A stretch of DNA of 64,000 nt from Blastocladiella emersonii ATCC 22665 (lineage: Eukaryota; Fungi; Blastocladiomycota): assembly GCA_025594325.1 (NCBI GenBank), contig JANHCV010000009.1:124001-188000 (forward strand), read 5' to 3'. Under the pieces are notes generated by a model. That model saw only the letters and a program-made list of their open reading frames with translations. It did no database searches and was not told the DNA's origin. Made by a program: the position numbers and the translations under genes. Below are positions 23,751 through 33,652 of this stretch, piece by piece. The first letter of the stretch is position 1. Each line of letters begins with the position of its first letter.

Positions 23751-25387
23751 TCAGTGCGACCCACTACTCAGCTCCACATAGTTGGCGGGAAACACGCCCT
23801 CGCGCCCGTTGCACCGGCCCGTCCACCACTGGTCGGCGCCCTCGCCCTGCTTGACCACCGTGATCACGTCGCCGCGGTGGAACGACAGGTCGCCGTCCTG
23901 CTGCGCGTCAAAGTTGAACAGCGCCACAGCCGTCACCGGCCGCGCGCCCGCGGGCGGCGGCGGAGGCGGGCGCGGCTTGACGACGACGGGCGGGGGAGCC
24001 GGCATGCTGCTCGCGACCACGGGTGCGGGGACCGGGACGGGCGCGACGGGTGCGGGCGCCGGCATCGACGCGGGAGACGTCATGTAGCTCGCCTTCTCGG
24101 GCTTCTGCGCCTGCGCGTATGCCGCGCTCGGCGCAGGCGCGGGCGCGGGGGCAGCGGACGACGAGGAGGACGACGCGGACGAGACCCACGGCGTGGTGAT
24201 GGGCGGGTAACTGCCCGTCTTCTCGGGCGCCTGCGCGAACCCCGACGTCCCCGCAGCCGCAGCGGCGGTCGCAGCAGAAACGGCCGCCGCCGAGGGCGCG
24301 GGCGGGAGCGGCGGCGGCGTGGGCTTCTGCTTGGGCGACAGCGTGCCGTTCGCGTACGACGGGACGGTGGACGCGGCGCTCGTGGTCGCGGGGACAGCGG
24401 CGGTCGACGTCTGGCGGCCCGAGAAGGACGGGCGGTGCGCGCCTGCGCTCGCGGGAGGCGCCACGGCCGCCACGTACGGCGAGCCCGCGGGCGTCGCGGC
24501 GGGCGTGGGCACGGCGGCGCCGGCGTCGTCGGTGATGTAGGCGCCGGGCAGCGCAGCGTGCAGCTCGCGCACGGCGGGCGGCGACGCGACCATGCCGCTC
24601 AGCAGGTCCTTGGCCGACACGCGCTGCCCGTAGAAGGCCTCGTTGGCGTCCTTGCGCTCGACGATGACTGAGCCCTCGATCGAGACTAGGTGGGTGCGGA
24701 TGGGGGTGAGTTTGGTGGGAGGATGATGCGAGTGAGACGCGAGCGGACGTACTGCCGGCAAACAGGCCCTTGGACTTGCTGTACGAGTAGACGGCGGCGA
24801 GGTTGCGCATCGTGCCCGACGCCTCGGCGGTGCGGCCGTACGGGCCCGCGGCGACTAGAGAGACAGACGCGACAAACAGTAAGCAACGCGTCGTTCTCAT
24901 CCTCCTCGCGTTTCCGCTGCCCGCGCGACGTACCACTGAGCCCGCCACCGAGCGTGACGTTCCCGCCGTGGCCAAACGCCTTGACGGCGGCGTCCGTGTT
25001 GAGCACAATGACAAAGTCGGTCATCTCGGCGCCGATCTGGCCGCCAAACGACACGCCGGCGGTCGCAATGGCCGACGGCGCCGACCACGACCCGTCGGCG
25101 AGCCGCGCCACGACGAGCCCCGACCCCGTCTTGCCCGCCCACATGAACCCGGCCTTGACCACCGTCAGCACCGCGATCCCCTTGGCGCGCTGCAGGATGT
25201 CGGACGGGATGAACTGGTCGGTCGGGAGGCCCTTGCCTGTGCAGTTGCGTGGTCAGCGCGAGGATGATGGTGGCGCGTCGTGCGCAGCGCGATGCGTACC
25301 GGGCACGCCGGCGACGATGAACTTGCGCAGGATCTTGGCGCACTTGCGGCACTCGGACGCGAGGTCTTGCGGCAGCGGATTCTTCAT
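23751..25387 (-). CDS. YSC84: Ysc84/Lsb3/SH3YL1 actin-binding protein (SYLF domain plus C-terminal SH3), multi-exon
   Basis: MKNPLPQDLASECRKCAKIL, LTVVKAGFMWAGKTGSGLVVARLADGSWSAPSAI, YSKSKGLFAG; SH3 ALFNFDAQQDGDLSF...WWTG...GVFPANYV. Confidence 0.9.
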
Positions 25388-25773
25388 GGTGTGGTGTGAG
25401 GTTTGAGTTTCGTTCGTTGCGAGTACGGCGGGCTCGTGAGAGAGAGGAGAGGGGGGCGGAGCACGCTTTATACGCGGCGGGAAGGCCAACGCGGACCAGA
25501 CGCATCAGCAGACCGCGCTCGGCCGACCCACGGTGGCCGCTCGCCAACAGATGCCAAGGCGGCGATGCGAGACGAGCGGAAGGCGTGCTTCTCGCGACAG
25601 ACGCAAGCCCAAGCAGGATTCCAGAACGGGACCCCTCCGACGTTCCACCGTCCGCGAACGACGGCGGACAAGGCGGCCTGACAGCGGATTGAAGACCCAA
25701 CACAGGAATAAAGTAGCAACGCAGAGACACGTTCGAGGAGCGTGCTCGTACGGAAGCGCGCGGCGCCGTCGGA

Positions 25774-25855
25774 TGCCATCAGATTGTCAGAGGTGAATCT
25801 AGAGGTTGTTCAACAGGGTTCCAAGCTCGGTTGAAAATTCTAATCATCCTTGGCA
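25774..25855 (-). ncRNA. Box C/D snoRNA, predicted 18S rRNA 2'-O-methylation guide
   Basis: AT-rich 82-nt island with a terminal stem TGCCA/TGGCA, box C-like ATGATTA (25847-25841) and box D CTGA (25782-25779). The guide TTCACCTCTGACAAT directly 5' of box D is complementary to the conserved fungal 18S segment AUUGUCAGAGGUGAA. Confidence 0.75.
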
Positions 25856-26917
25856 GCGACGGCGGCGCGCGAGTGGGGCATATAAATGAGCAGAGGGCGG
25901 GACGCGGTGCGAGGGCACGGGAACGGTCGCGCGCGTCGGGGGCGTGTTGAGGGACGAGGTGGTCGTGGCGAGTGAGGTTGAGGGCGAGGAACAGACACAC
26001 AGGCAGAGGAACATCCAGCAGGGCGAGCGAGCGACCAAGGAGAAGGAAGCCACGAGCGCCAAGTCCCGACTTTTGAGGCGTTCAAAAAAGCAGTCAGCCC
26101 GACTCACGTGCGGCGGTTCAGCCACTTTTCGCGCTGAGGCGCAGCCCACCGGCCCCGCTGGCCGCGTGCAGCGGTCAGGACCCCGCCAACGAGCTTGTTC
26201 TGCTCAGTCTTCACGAGTGGATTTACCTGTATGCATCACGAAAAAACGCACCGCGCACACGCACATGCAACTCGCGAGCACCGCGCCCGTCGCCCGTCGC
26301 CGCCATCAACGTCGCCGCGCCCAACGCCGCCGCACACTCGCCGTGCCGCCGTCACTCGCCATGCGTCCCCCGGCGGACCTCTGGCCCTGCTGCCGTAAGG
26401 CGTGTGGGCCAGGTTGTCACGTCCAGCCATCCATCCGCCGCGTGGAGGGGTGAAACGCTGTCTGTTCGCTCAACCACACCAGTGGCACGCCGAAACCATC
26501 CGCACGCACGCCGCACGAACGACCGACCGCCGCCGTCCCAGCGAAGCTATGCGGAAACGCTCGCCGATCTCCTAGACCGAGTTCTGGCATGCTGGCGGTC
26601 TGGCTGCATTTTCGTCGTGCCGCGAAATTGCTCGCTCGTTTGACGGACGGTCGCGCGCGCTGGGTGGTTCCACTGCGGCCGTCCGGCTGACCCGTCGATT
26701 TTTGCATTGCGCTGGATTTCGTGACGGGACGGCGTTCGGTGGTGCTGCGGCGCTACCAGCACTCTGGCGAAACCGCATACGGCTGGCTGTGTGCTGGACG
26801 GCGTTACGACCGCGTTATGGCGACGGCGCTGTGCTCCTGATTGCGTTGCGTTGTTTGCGTCCCGTTCGAAACAACGTTTGCTGACTTGCGCGCCCTCGTC
26901 ACCTCCAGCGAGTCAAG

Positions 26918-27529
26918 ATGGTCGCTCACAACAACCTGCTGCCCAACCAGCACTTCCGCAAGCAGTGGAAGCTGCGCGTCAAGACCTGGTTCAACCAGCC
27001 CGGCCAGAAGAAGGCCCGTCGCGTCGCGCGCGCCGCCAAGGCCGCCCAGATCGCGCCCCGCCCCGTTGACGGTCTGCTCCGCCCCGCCGTCCGCTGCCCC
27101 ACGGTCAAGTACAACCGCCGCATCCGCGCCGGCAAGGGTTTCACCCTCGACGAGCTCAAGGCCGCCGGCATCCACCGCAAGAAGGCCGCGACCATCGGCA
27201 TCGCCGTTGACTTCCGCCGCAAGTCGCGCTCGGAGGAGGCCCTCGCCCTCAACGTGCAGCGCCTCAAGACCTACAAGTCGAAGCTCGTGCTCTTCCCCAA
27301 GAAGGGCGCCAAGGCCGAGGCCGTTGCCGAGGCTGTCCAGCTCCGCGGCGCCGTCCACCCCATCGTCCACTCGTACGAGACCGAGGCCGCTCGCGCCATC
27401 ACGGCCGAGGAGAAGGAGTTCAACGCCTACGTTGCCCTCCGCAAGGCCCGCACCCTCGCCCGGTACCACGGCATCCGCGCCAAGCGCGCCGCTGCCAAGG
27501 CCGCCGCCGAGGCCGACGCCAAGAAGTAA
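26918..27529 (+). CDS. RPL13: 60S ribosomal protein L13 (eL13)
   Basis: HNNLLPNQHFRKQW, RVKTWFNQP, LRPAVRCPTVKYN, GKGFTLDELKAAG. Probable 5'UTR intron ending at 26908. Confidence 0.97.
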   Translation: MVAHNNLLPNQHFRKQWKLRVKTWFNQPGQKKARRVARAAKAAQIAPRPVDGLLRPAVRCPTVKYNRRIRAGKGFTLDELKAAGIHRKKAATIGIAVDFRRKSRSEEALALNVQRLKTYKSKLVLFPKKGAKAEAVAEAVQLRGAVHPIVHSYETEAARAITAEEKEFNAYVALRKARTLARYHGIRAKRAAAKAAAEADAKK

Positions 27530-27883
27530 ATCCGCTCAACCTCATTCACCCTCGGTCTGCGCGAGCTCGGGGTTCCAGGCGCCGTGGGTCTCCTCCGGCT
27601 TCGGGATCTCGTGTGCGCGCGTGTGTGTTGCTGCCTGGATATACTCGTGTTTCCCAAACAGTTTTGTTTCTTTGTGTGTCTGCCTTACCGTTGATGAGCT
27701 GGATCATGTCTGTCCGGCACTCGACGAGCCGTATCGCGATGTCGGGAGACGCCTGTACGATGAGCATGACCGCCGCGTCGCGCGTCTCCCACCCCCACCT
27801 GCTCAACGACAAATCGCGCCCCGTGCTTGCCGCTCGCGCCCGCTCCCTGCCGTGATATCCATGCCATCAACGATCCGCGTTCC

Positions 27884-29761
27884 ATGGAGCATCCAGCACT
27901 GCTGCTGGCACACAATGCAAGCCTGCCGTCCACCGCCGCCGCGGCCATGGCCACCGTGACCAGGCTTGCCGCGAATGACACGGCCGCGGCCTTCGCCGTG
28001 TCGTACCCGAGCCTCGGCTCGCCCGTCCCGCCGGACGCCGCGATCCTACGTGCCAGCGCCATCGCGTCGTGCGTGTCAGGCGCACTGGGCCTGCTCGTCG
28101 TGGCTGTCATGTTCCCGCGCGCGTTCCCGCAGCGCGGCGGGCAGCAGTACCTGCCGTCCGAGTCGGCGATCCGGTTCATGTCCGTGCGGTGCCGGCTGCT
28201 GCTCGCGTGCGGCGTGATCCTCGTCGTGTGCGGGATCAACGGCGCCGTCTACTTCTTTCGCCTCGCGGGCGCGGGGGACGCGGACCTCAGCCCGCGGCCG
28301 CCGTGGCTCCTCGAGTACCGCGTCGCGTTCACGGCGACGTTCCCGTCGTTCGGCCCGCTGTTCACGTGGGCGGTCGCGCAGCGGTGCGCGGTGGTCGTGA
28401 TCCAGGACCGCGACGCGCGCCAGACGTTCCTGCGCGTCGTGTTCGCCCTGTGCGCCGCCATCTACGTCGCCGTCACGGGCGGCGCCGCCGCGCGCACCGT
28501 CGACCTCGCGACCCCGCTGCCCGGCGCGCCCGCGGGCGTCTGGGTCAACGCCGCCATGGTCGCCAGCTGGGGTATCATCCCCGTCTTCGCGCTCCCCGCT
28601 ATCACCATCGCCGGGTCGCTGTGGGCGCTGTGGGCGGGCACCAGCCGCCGGATCGCCAAGATCCAGGGCCGCCGCGAGCGCAGGAGCGCCGTCGCGAGGA
28701 TGCCCAGCGCGGCGGCCGAGGCCGCGGCCGAGTGTAAAGCTGACCTCGCAAGCCGTGTGCGCGAGCTCGTTGGCGACGTGGTCGCGGCGTTCCGCACCAG
28801 CGACACGCGGCAGACGCTCGGCGCGTCCGCGTCGCTCGTGTCCGGCAGCGAGGGCGGGGCCGGGTCCGCGACGAGTAGCCCGAGCAGCACGGGTACCGCA
28901 ACGAGCGGCGGTGGTGCCTCGACCTCGTCGGCCGCGACGGGCACTGCGAGCACCTCGCACGACACGACGACCACGGCACTCACCCGCCCGTCCGCGCCCG
29001 CTGCTGCCGCCGCGGGAGCTATCGGCGCCAACGCGTTCCCCGACCCGTCGCACCGCCGCCGCAGCTCGCACGCGCACGCGCTGCCGCACCACGGCGGGTA
29101 CGGCGGGAGCAGCAGCCACGGCGGCGGCGGCCACGCGTCGAAGCGGCGCAAGCGCAAGAAGCACAAGTCGCGCAGCTCCTCGTCTTCATCCGTCAAGTAC
29201 CCCCTCTCCCTGACCTTCGCGATGCTGACCGCGGTCCTGGTCGTCGAATGGACCGCGTTCGTGCTGCTGGCCGGCGTCCCGACCCCGTGGGGCGTCGTCC
29301 GCAACACGCCGCTGCTCGAGCTGCTGTCGGGGCTCGGGTGCCTGACCGAGGCGTCGTTCGAGCGGCTCATGCAGTACAACAACCGCCGCCGCCGGCGGCG
29401 CGAGTCGAGTGCCGGTGGGGCTGCCGCGGAGAGGCATTTTGGGATGACGACGGTTGGTGTGGAAGCGGAGGTTGCGGGCGCGGGTGAGAAGGAGGTGCGC
29501 GACGACGCGATGCCCGCGGCGATTGTCAAGACAGAGCAGCAGGTGCTGGTCATGGTAGAGGCGGCGACCATCGAGGCCACGGCCATCGAGACAACTACGA
29601 CGACGGCGGCGGAAGCGGCTTCAGCGGCATCGTCCGCGCTCGCGGCCATGAACACGTCGGCCATGATGAGCACGTCGGCCGTGTACCTCACGGCCATGCG
29701 ATCGCCGGGCGAGCTCGTCGCGGACGCGAACGCGGAGGTGACGAGTTCCGTGGTGACCTGA
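27884..29761 (+). CDS. Predicted seven-transmembrane (GPCR-like) protein with a long third cytoplasmic loop
   Basis: Five hydrophobic helices, then a long Ser/Thr/His- and Lys/Arg-rich loop, then two more hydrophobic helices and an acidic Ala/Thr tail. N-terminal NAS/NDT sequons. Confidence 0.6.
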   Translation: MEHPALLLAHNASLPSTAAAAMATVTRLAANDTAAAFAVSYPSLGSPVPPDAAILRASAIASCVSGALGLLVVAVMFPRAFPQRGGQQYLPSESAIRFMSVRCRLLLACGVILVVCGINGAVYFFRLAGAGDADLSPRPPWLLEYRVAFTATFPSFGPLFTWAVAQRCAVVVIQDRDARQTFLRVVFALCAAIYVAVTGGAAARTVDLATPLPGAPAGVWVNAAMVASWGIIPVFALPAITIAGSLWALWAGTSRRIAKIQGRRERRSAVARMPSAAAEAAAECKADLASRVRELVGDVVAAFRTSDTRQTLGASASLVSGSEGGAGSATSSPSSTGTATSGGGASTSSAATGTASTSHDTTTTALTRPSAPAAAAAGAIGANAFPDPSHRRRSSHAHALPHHGGYGGSSSHGGGGHASKRRKRKKHKSRSSSSSSVKYPLSLTFAMLTAVLVVEWTAFVLLAGVPTPWGVVRNTPLLELLSGLGCLTEASFERLMQYNNRRRRRRESSAGGAAAERHFGMTTVGVEAEVAGAGEKEVRDDAMPAAIVKTEQQVLVMVEAATIEATAIETTTTTAAEAASAASSALAAMNTSAMMSTSAVYLTAMRSPGELVADANAEVTSSVVT

Positions 29762-30430
29762 TCGGACGCGAGGCGTGATGCGTGAACCAAAAACGACCTT
29801 CATTCATTCACGATGACGGTCGGCGTGGAAGCGGAGAACGCGGCCGCGGGCAACAAGGAGAACGCGGCCGTGATCGCTTGCTTCGGTGGTCAAGGCGGAG
29901 GAGAGGGTGCTGGTCGTGGTCGAGGTCACGGCCATCGAGACGACCGCGAAGCTGGCTGCGGTCTCTGACCGTCCGAGCTCGCGACCATGACACGTCGGTC
30001 GTGGACCTGACCGCCACATGGTCGCCGGGCGAGCTCGTCGCGGACACAAGTGCTGAGACGACGAGTTCCGCGGTGACGTGAAGCGGCTTGAGGCAAGATG
30101 TGGGAAGCAAAACAACTTTTATTCATTCACGATGACGGTCGGCGGGAACTCGGTCGTGGGCGACAAGGAACGCGAGGCGATGGCTGTGGCGGCAGCGAGC
30201 AATGCGGAGGGAAAGGTGCTGGTCGCCGTCAAGGCCGGGGCCATCGGGACGACCGCGGAGCTGCGGCCACCGAACCGTCAGCGCACGCAGCCATGAGCAT
30301 GTCTGCCGTGTACCTGACGGCAACACGGTCGCTGGTCAAGCTCGTCACGGACCCGAACGCGGAGACGACAGGACCTGATCCGACGCGGGAGCAGACGTGA
30401 TGTGGAAACCAAAACAACGTTCATTCGTTC
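29444..30430 (+). repeat. Three degenerate tandem copies (~300-370 nt) of the 7TM gene's last coding segment plus the start of its 3'UTR
   Basis: Units start at 29444, 29813 and 30132 (ATGACG..GG). All contain GGTGCTGGTC, GCCATCG.GAC and GCTCGTC.CGGAC, and end in AAAAC.AC..TTCATTC.TTCA. Confidence 0.85.
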
Positions 30431-30530
30431 AACGGCGTCAATGGGGAGATGAGGGGAGAGATATCGAGAGGAGAGGGAGACAGCCGACGCCAGCGCCAGC
30501 CGCCGCCGATCGCGCACTTGGGCGAGTCGC

Positions 30531-32765
30531 TTATTTGCCGGGGCGGACGACGATGATGGTGTTGGGGCTGGTAGCGCCGCCGCCGTTCCAGCCGGGCGGG
30601 AGCGCGGGGCCGTAGAAGGTGGCGGGCACGGCGGCCTGGCGCGTGCTGTCGGCCGCGTCCTCGGACCCGACCACGTAGTAGTTGTAGCCCGACTGCGCCT
30701 GGGCGCCCGTCGAGTAGTCGGCGTAGTCGGCCGCGTCCTCGGCGTAGTCGGCGCCGTCCTCGACCGAGTAGTCGGCGTAGTCGGCACCGTCCTCGGCGTA
30801 GTCGGCAGCGTCCTCGGTCGAGTAGTCGGCGTGGTAGTCGGCGCCGTCCTCGGCGTAGTCGGCCGCGTCCTCGGTCGAGTAGTCGGCGTAGTCGCCGGCG
30901 TCCTCGGCCTCCTCGAGCGAGTCCTCGGCCGCGTAGTCGGCGTAGTCGGCACCGTCCTCGGCGTAGTCGGCCGCATCCTCGGTCGAGTAGTCGGCGTGGT
31001 AGTCGGCGGCATCCTCGGCCGAGTAGTCGGCGTAGTCCGCACCATCCTCGGCGTAGTCGGCCGCGTCCTCAGTCGAGTAGTCGGCGTAGTCGCCCGCGTC
31101 CTCGGCCTCCTCGAGCGAGTCCTCGGCAGCGTAGTCGGCGTAGTCGGCACCGTCCTCGGCGTAGTCAGCCGCGTCCTCAGCCGAGTAGTCAGCGTAGTCG
31201 GCACCGTCCTCGGCGTAGTCGGCAGCGTCCTCGGTCGAGTAGTCGGCCCAGTCGGCCGCGTCCTCGGTGGCCGAGTAGTCGGCGTAGTCGGCGCCGTCCT
31301 CGGCGTGGTAGTCCGCCGCGTCCTTGGACGCCGAGTAGTCGGCGTGGTAGTCGGCGGGGTCCTGGGCGACTGCGTCCTCGGACACGGCAAACGCGGCCGA
31401 CGACGTGGCGAACTGGGGCTTGGCGGCCGTCTGGAACAGCGTGCGCTTGGTGTTGGCGCACGTCATGATGCGGCGCACCTCGAACTCGAGGTTGTCGCGG
31501 CACTCGTCGTTGTCGGCAAAGTTGTGGGCGCCCTGGAGCGTGATGCGCTGCGGGCCCGAGGGGAGCGCGCCGGCGCGCGCCGTGACGCTGATGGGCAGCC
31601 ACTTGCCGACGGGCAGCGACGCGTCGCGGAACACGCGGCCGCCGACGCGGCGCGACCCGTAGTAGAACGACACGGCCGCGTGCTTGACGGCGCACTTCTT
31701 GGCGGGGGTCGTGCCCGAGGCCGCCGCCGCCTCCTTGCCCTCGCGGAACCGCACCTGCGCGTAGAAGCGCACGAGCTTGGCCTTCTTGGGGATCTTGACC
31801 GCCGACGCCGTCTGGAACCCGTACTTGTGCAGCGCGCCCGACTCGAGGTTGCGCGCGGCCCCGTCGCGCTGGATCACCAGGCCGCCGTTGCGCGTCGCGC
31901 GCGCCGTGGCGGGGAACTTGGGCTTGGTGTACGGCAGCAGGCGCGTGCGCGGCGACTTGTTGAACGACGGCTTGCCGTTCACGTACACGACTACGCATGG
32001 GCGAGCGGGAGGGGACGGGTCAGTGCCTGGTTCGAGCGGGAGTAGGCCGTAGAAGAGACACGTACGCTTGTTGCAGAAGGCGCGGAGCTTGGACGGGATC
32101 CCACGGCGGCGGTTAGCGCCACGGAGGCCACGGCCACGGACGCGGCGGCCCGCGACACGGCCGGCACGGCGGCAGAAGCAGTCGAGCGCCTTGCCCTCGC
32201 CGGTGCGCACGCGGAACTTGCGGCCGCGCGGGCGGCGCTTGAGCTGCTGCACGAGGCGGCGGCGGATGCGGCGGCGGGCGCCGGCGTCGAGCTCCTCGTC
32301 GTCGGCCGACTTGGCCACCTCGCGGATGCGGCGGCGCGCGCGGCGGCGCAGGGCGCGGATGCGCGCGATGCGGCGGCGGCGGCGCGCAGCGAGCTCGTCC
32401 TCGTCCACGTCCTCGTCCTCGAGCCCGTCGCCGCGCGCAATCGAGCGCACGCGGCGGCGGATCTGGCGGCGCAGGCGGCGCGGCACGAACTCGTCGATGT
32501 CGAGGTCGTCAGCGCCGCGGCGACCGAGACCACGGCCGCGCGCGCCGTTGCCCGAGGCCGACGGGACCGAGGCGGCGCCGTCGATCGGGTTGCCGAGGCC
32601 GAAGCCCGAGTTGCCGCCGGGCGTGCGCTTGGCGGGCGGCATGTCGAAGAAGCGGTTCGAGATGGGCACGGCCGTGTCGGTCGACGCCTGCGGCTTGATG
32701 GGCTGCGGCTCGGCCACGGCCAGCGAGGCCACCGCCGCGACGGTCAGGAGGGTGGCGAACTTCAT
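30531..32765 (-). CDS. Secreted multi-block protein (~719 aa): signal peptide, Arg-rich block, Cys-containing central domain, Asp/Tyr (ADY) repeat tail; intron 31991-32065
   Basis: MKFATLLTVAAVASLAVA signal peptide, RRRR-rich region, tandem EDAADYAEDGADYADYS repeats, and terminal QAQSGYNYYVVG...TIIVVRPGK. GTACGT...CTGAC...TAG intron of 75 nt. Confidence 0.85.
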   Translation of the reverse strand: MKFATLLTVAAVASLAVAEPQPIKPQASTDTAVPISNRFFDMPPAKRTPGGNSGFGLGNPIDGAASVPSASGNGARGRGLGRRGADDLDIDEFVPRRLRRQIRRRVRSIARGDGLEDEDVDEDELAARRRRRIARIRALRRRARRRIREVAKSADDEELDAGARRRIRRRLVQQLKRRPRGRKFRVRTGEGKALDCFCRRAGRVAGRRVRGRGLRGANRRRGIPSKLRAFCNKRTCLFYGLLPLEPGTDPSPPARPCVVVYVNGKPSFNKSPRTRLLPYTKPKFPATARATRNGGLVIQRDGAARNLESGALHKYGFQTASAVKIPKKAKLVRFYAQVRFREGKEAAAASGTTPAKKCAVKHAAVSFYYGSRRVGGRVFRDASLPVGKWLPISVTARAGALPSGPQRITLQGAHNFADNDECRDNLEFEVRRIMTCANTKRTLFQTAAKPQFATSSAAFAVSEDAVAQDPADYHADYSASKDAADYHAEDGADYADYSATEDAADWADYSTEDAADYAEDGADYADYSAEDAADYAEDGADYADYAAEDSLEEAEDAGDYADYSTEDAADYAEDGADYADYSAEDAADYHADYSTEDAADYAEDGADYADYAAEDSLEEAEDAGDYADYSTEDAADYAEDGADYHADYSTEDAADYAEDGADYADYSVEDGADYAEDAADYADYSTGAQAQSGYNYYVVGSEDAADSTRQAAVPATFYGPALPPGWNGGGATSPNTIIVVRPGK

Positions 32766-33263
32766 GGTACCGGTGGGTGGTGGTGGTGGTGGTGGTGGGT
32801 GGGGATGAGGGTGGGTCGGCGGGGTTGCGTGCACGATCCGGCGGCAGCACGAGGTCGATCCAGCGAGCCAGCGGGCAGAGAGAGGGCGGGCGGCGGGGGG
32901 AGCGGCGGCCTGATATGGCGCGCGGACGCGGGCGGACGGGCACGTTCTTCGAGGGCAACGAGGGCGAGGGCGAGGGCGACGCGTCCGCTCCGCCTGGGAA
33001 GCCCCGCCGCGCGTGCCGCGCATTCCCACGCGGCGCGGACGCGTGCGCGGCGGGAGACGCGCCGAGCGAATGACGGGGCGCATGACGGGGGCACCGAGTC
33101 CCGCACCCGCCGCGAGACGCGTCGCGGAAGCCACGCGTGGGAACCGACGTCCGACGCGCCCCACGTGCCCCGGAACGTGATATCCGAACGCGTCTCCCGT
33201 CTCGCGCCTTGCGTCTTGACCTCGCACCTCCCATCAAAGCAAGCTTCCATGTAACTTGAAACC

Positions 33264-33428
33264 ATGCAACTCGATGCAATGAACCCGCAACGGCCACGAC
33301 TGGTCCCCGACGTCATGGACCGAATCCTGGCGAGGACCGTCTCGCTTCACTACGACAGCGAGAAGATTCGACTGCGTGAGCCTGGGGTCAACCTTGTTCG
33401 CACCCTAGCCAGCTACACTCAAATCGCT
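33264..33428 (+). pseudogene. 5' fragment (copy A') of the F-box-like/LRR array gene
   Basis: MQLDAMNPQRPRLVPDVMDRILARTVSLH...LVRTLASYT is homologous to the N-termini of copies A-D; homology stops near 33428. Confidence 0.7.
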
Positions 33429-33652
33429 CCCCGACCAACTTTACGCGTTAGCCCTGTCCGCGCGGGGCTTGAGGGAGTGTGGCTGAGAGCGGCACTTTGC
33501 CCGGCCAAGGAGGCGTGGATTCCTGGCCGGTGTGCGGCGCGATGCGGGACATCGAAGTTGAAACGCGACGCGACGGGCAGCACGAGCTCGCCAACGCGCG
33601 GCCAGCTTTCCGGGCGTCAAACGCCAACAAGCCCAAACACCTCCTAATTGCA

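Noticed and set aside
30620-31390. Regular DNA repeats (GTAGTCGGC...) resembling a CRISPR or satellite array; same at 46000-46830
   Set aside because: They are the coding ADY repeats: variation is at synonymous positions and there are no unique spacers or cas genes.
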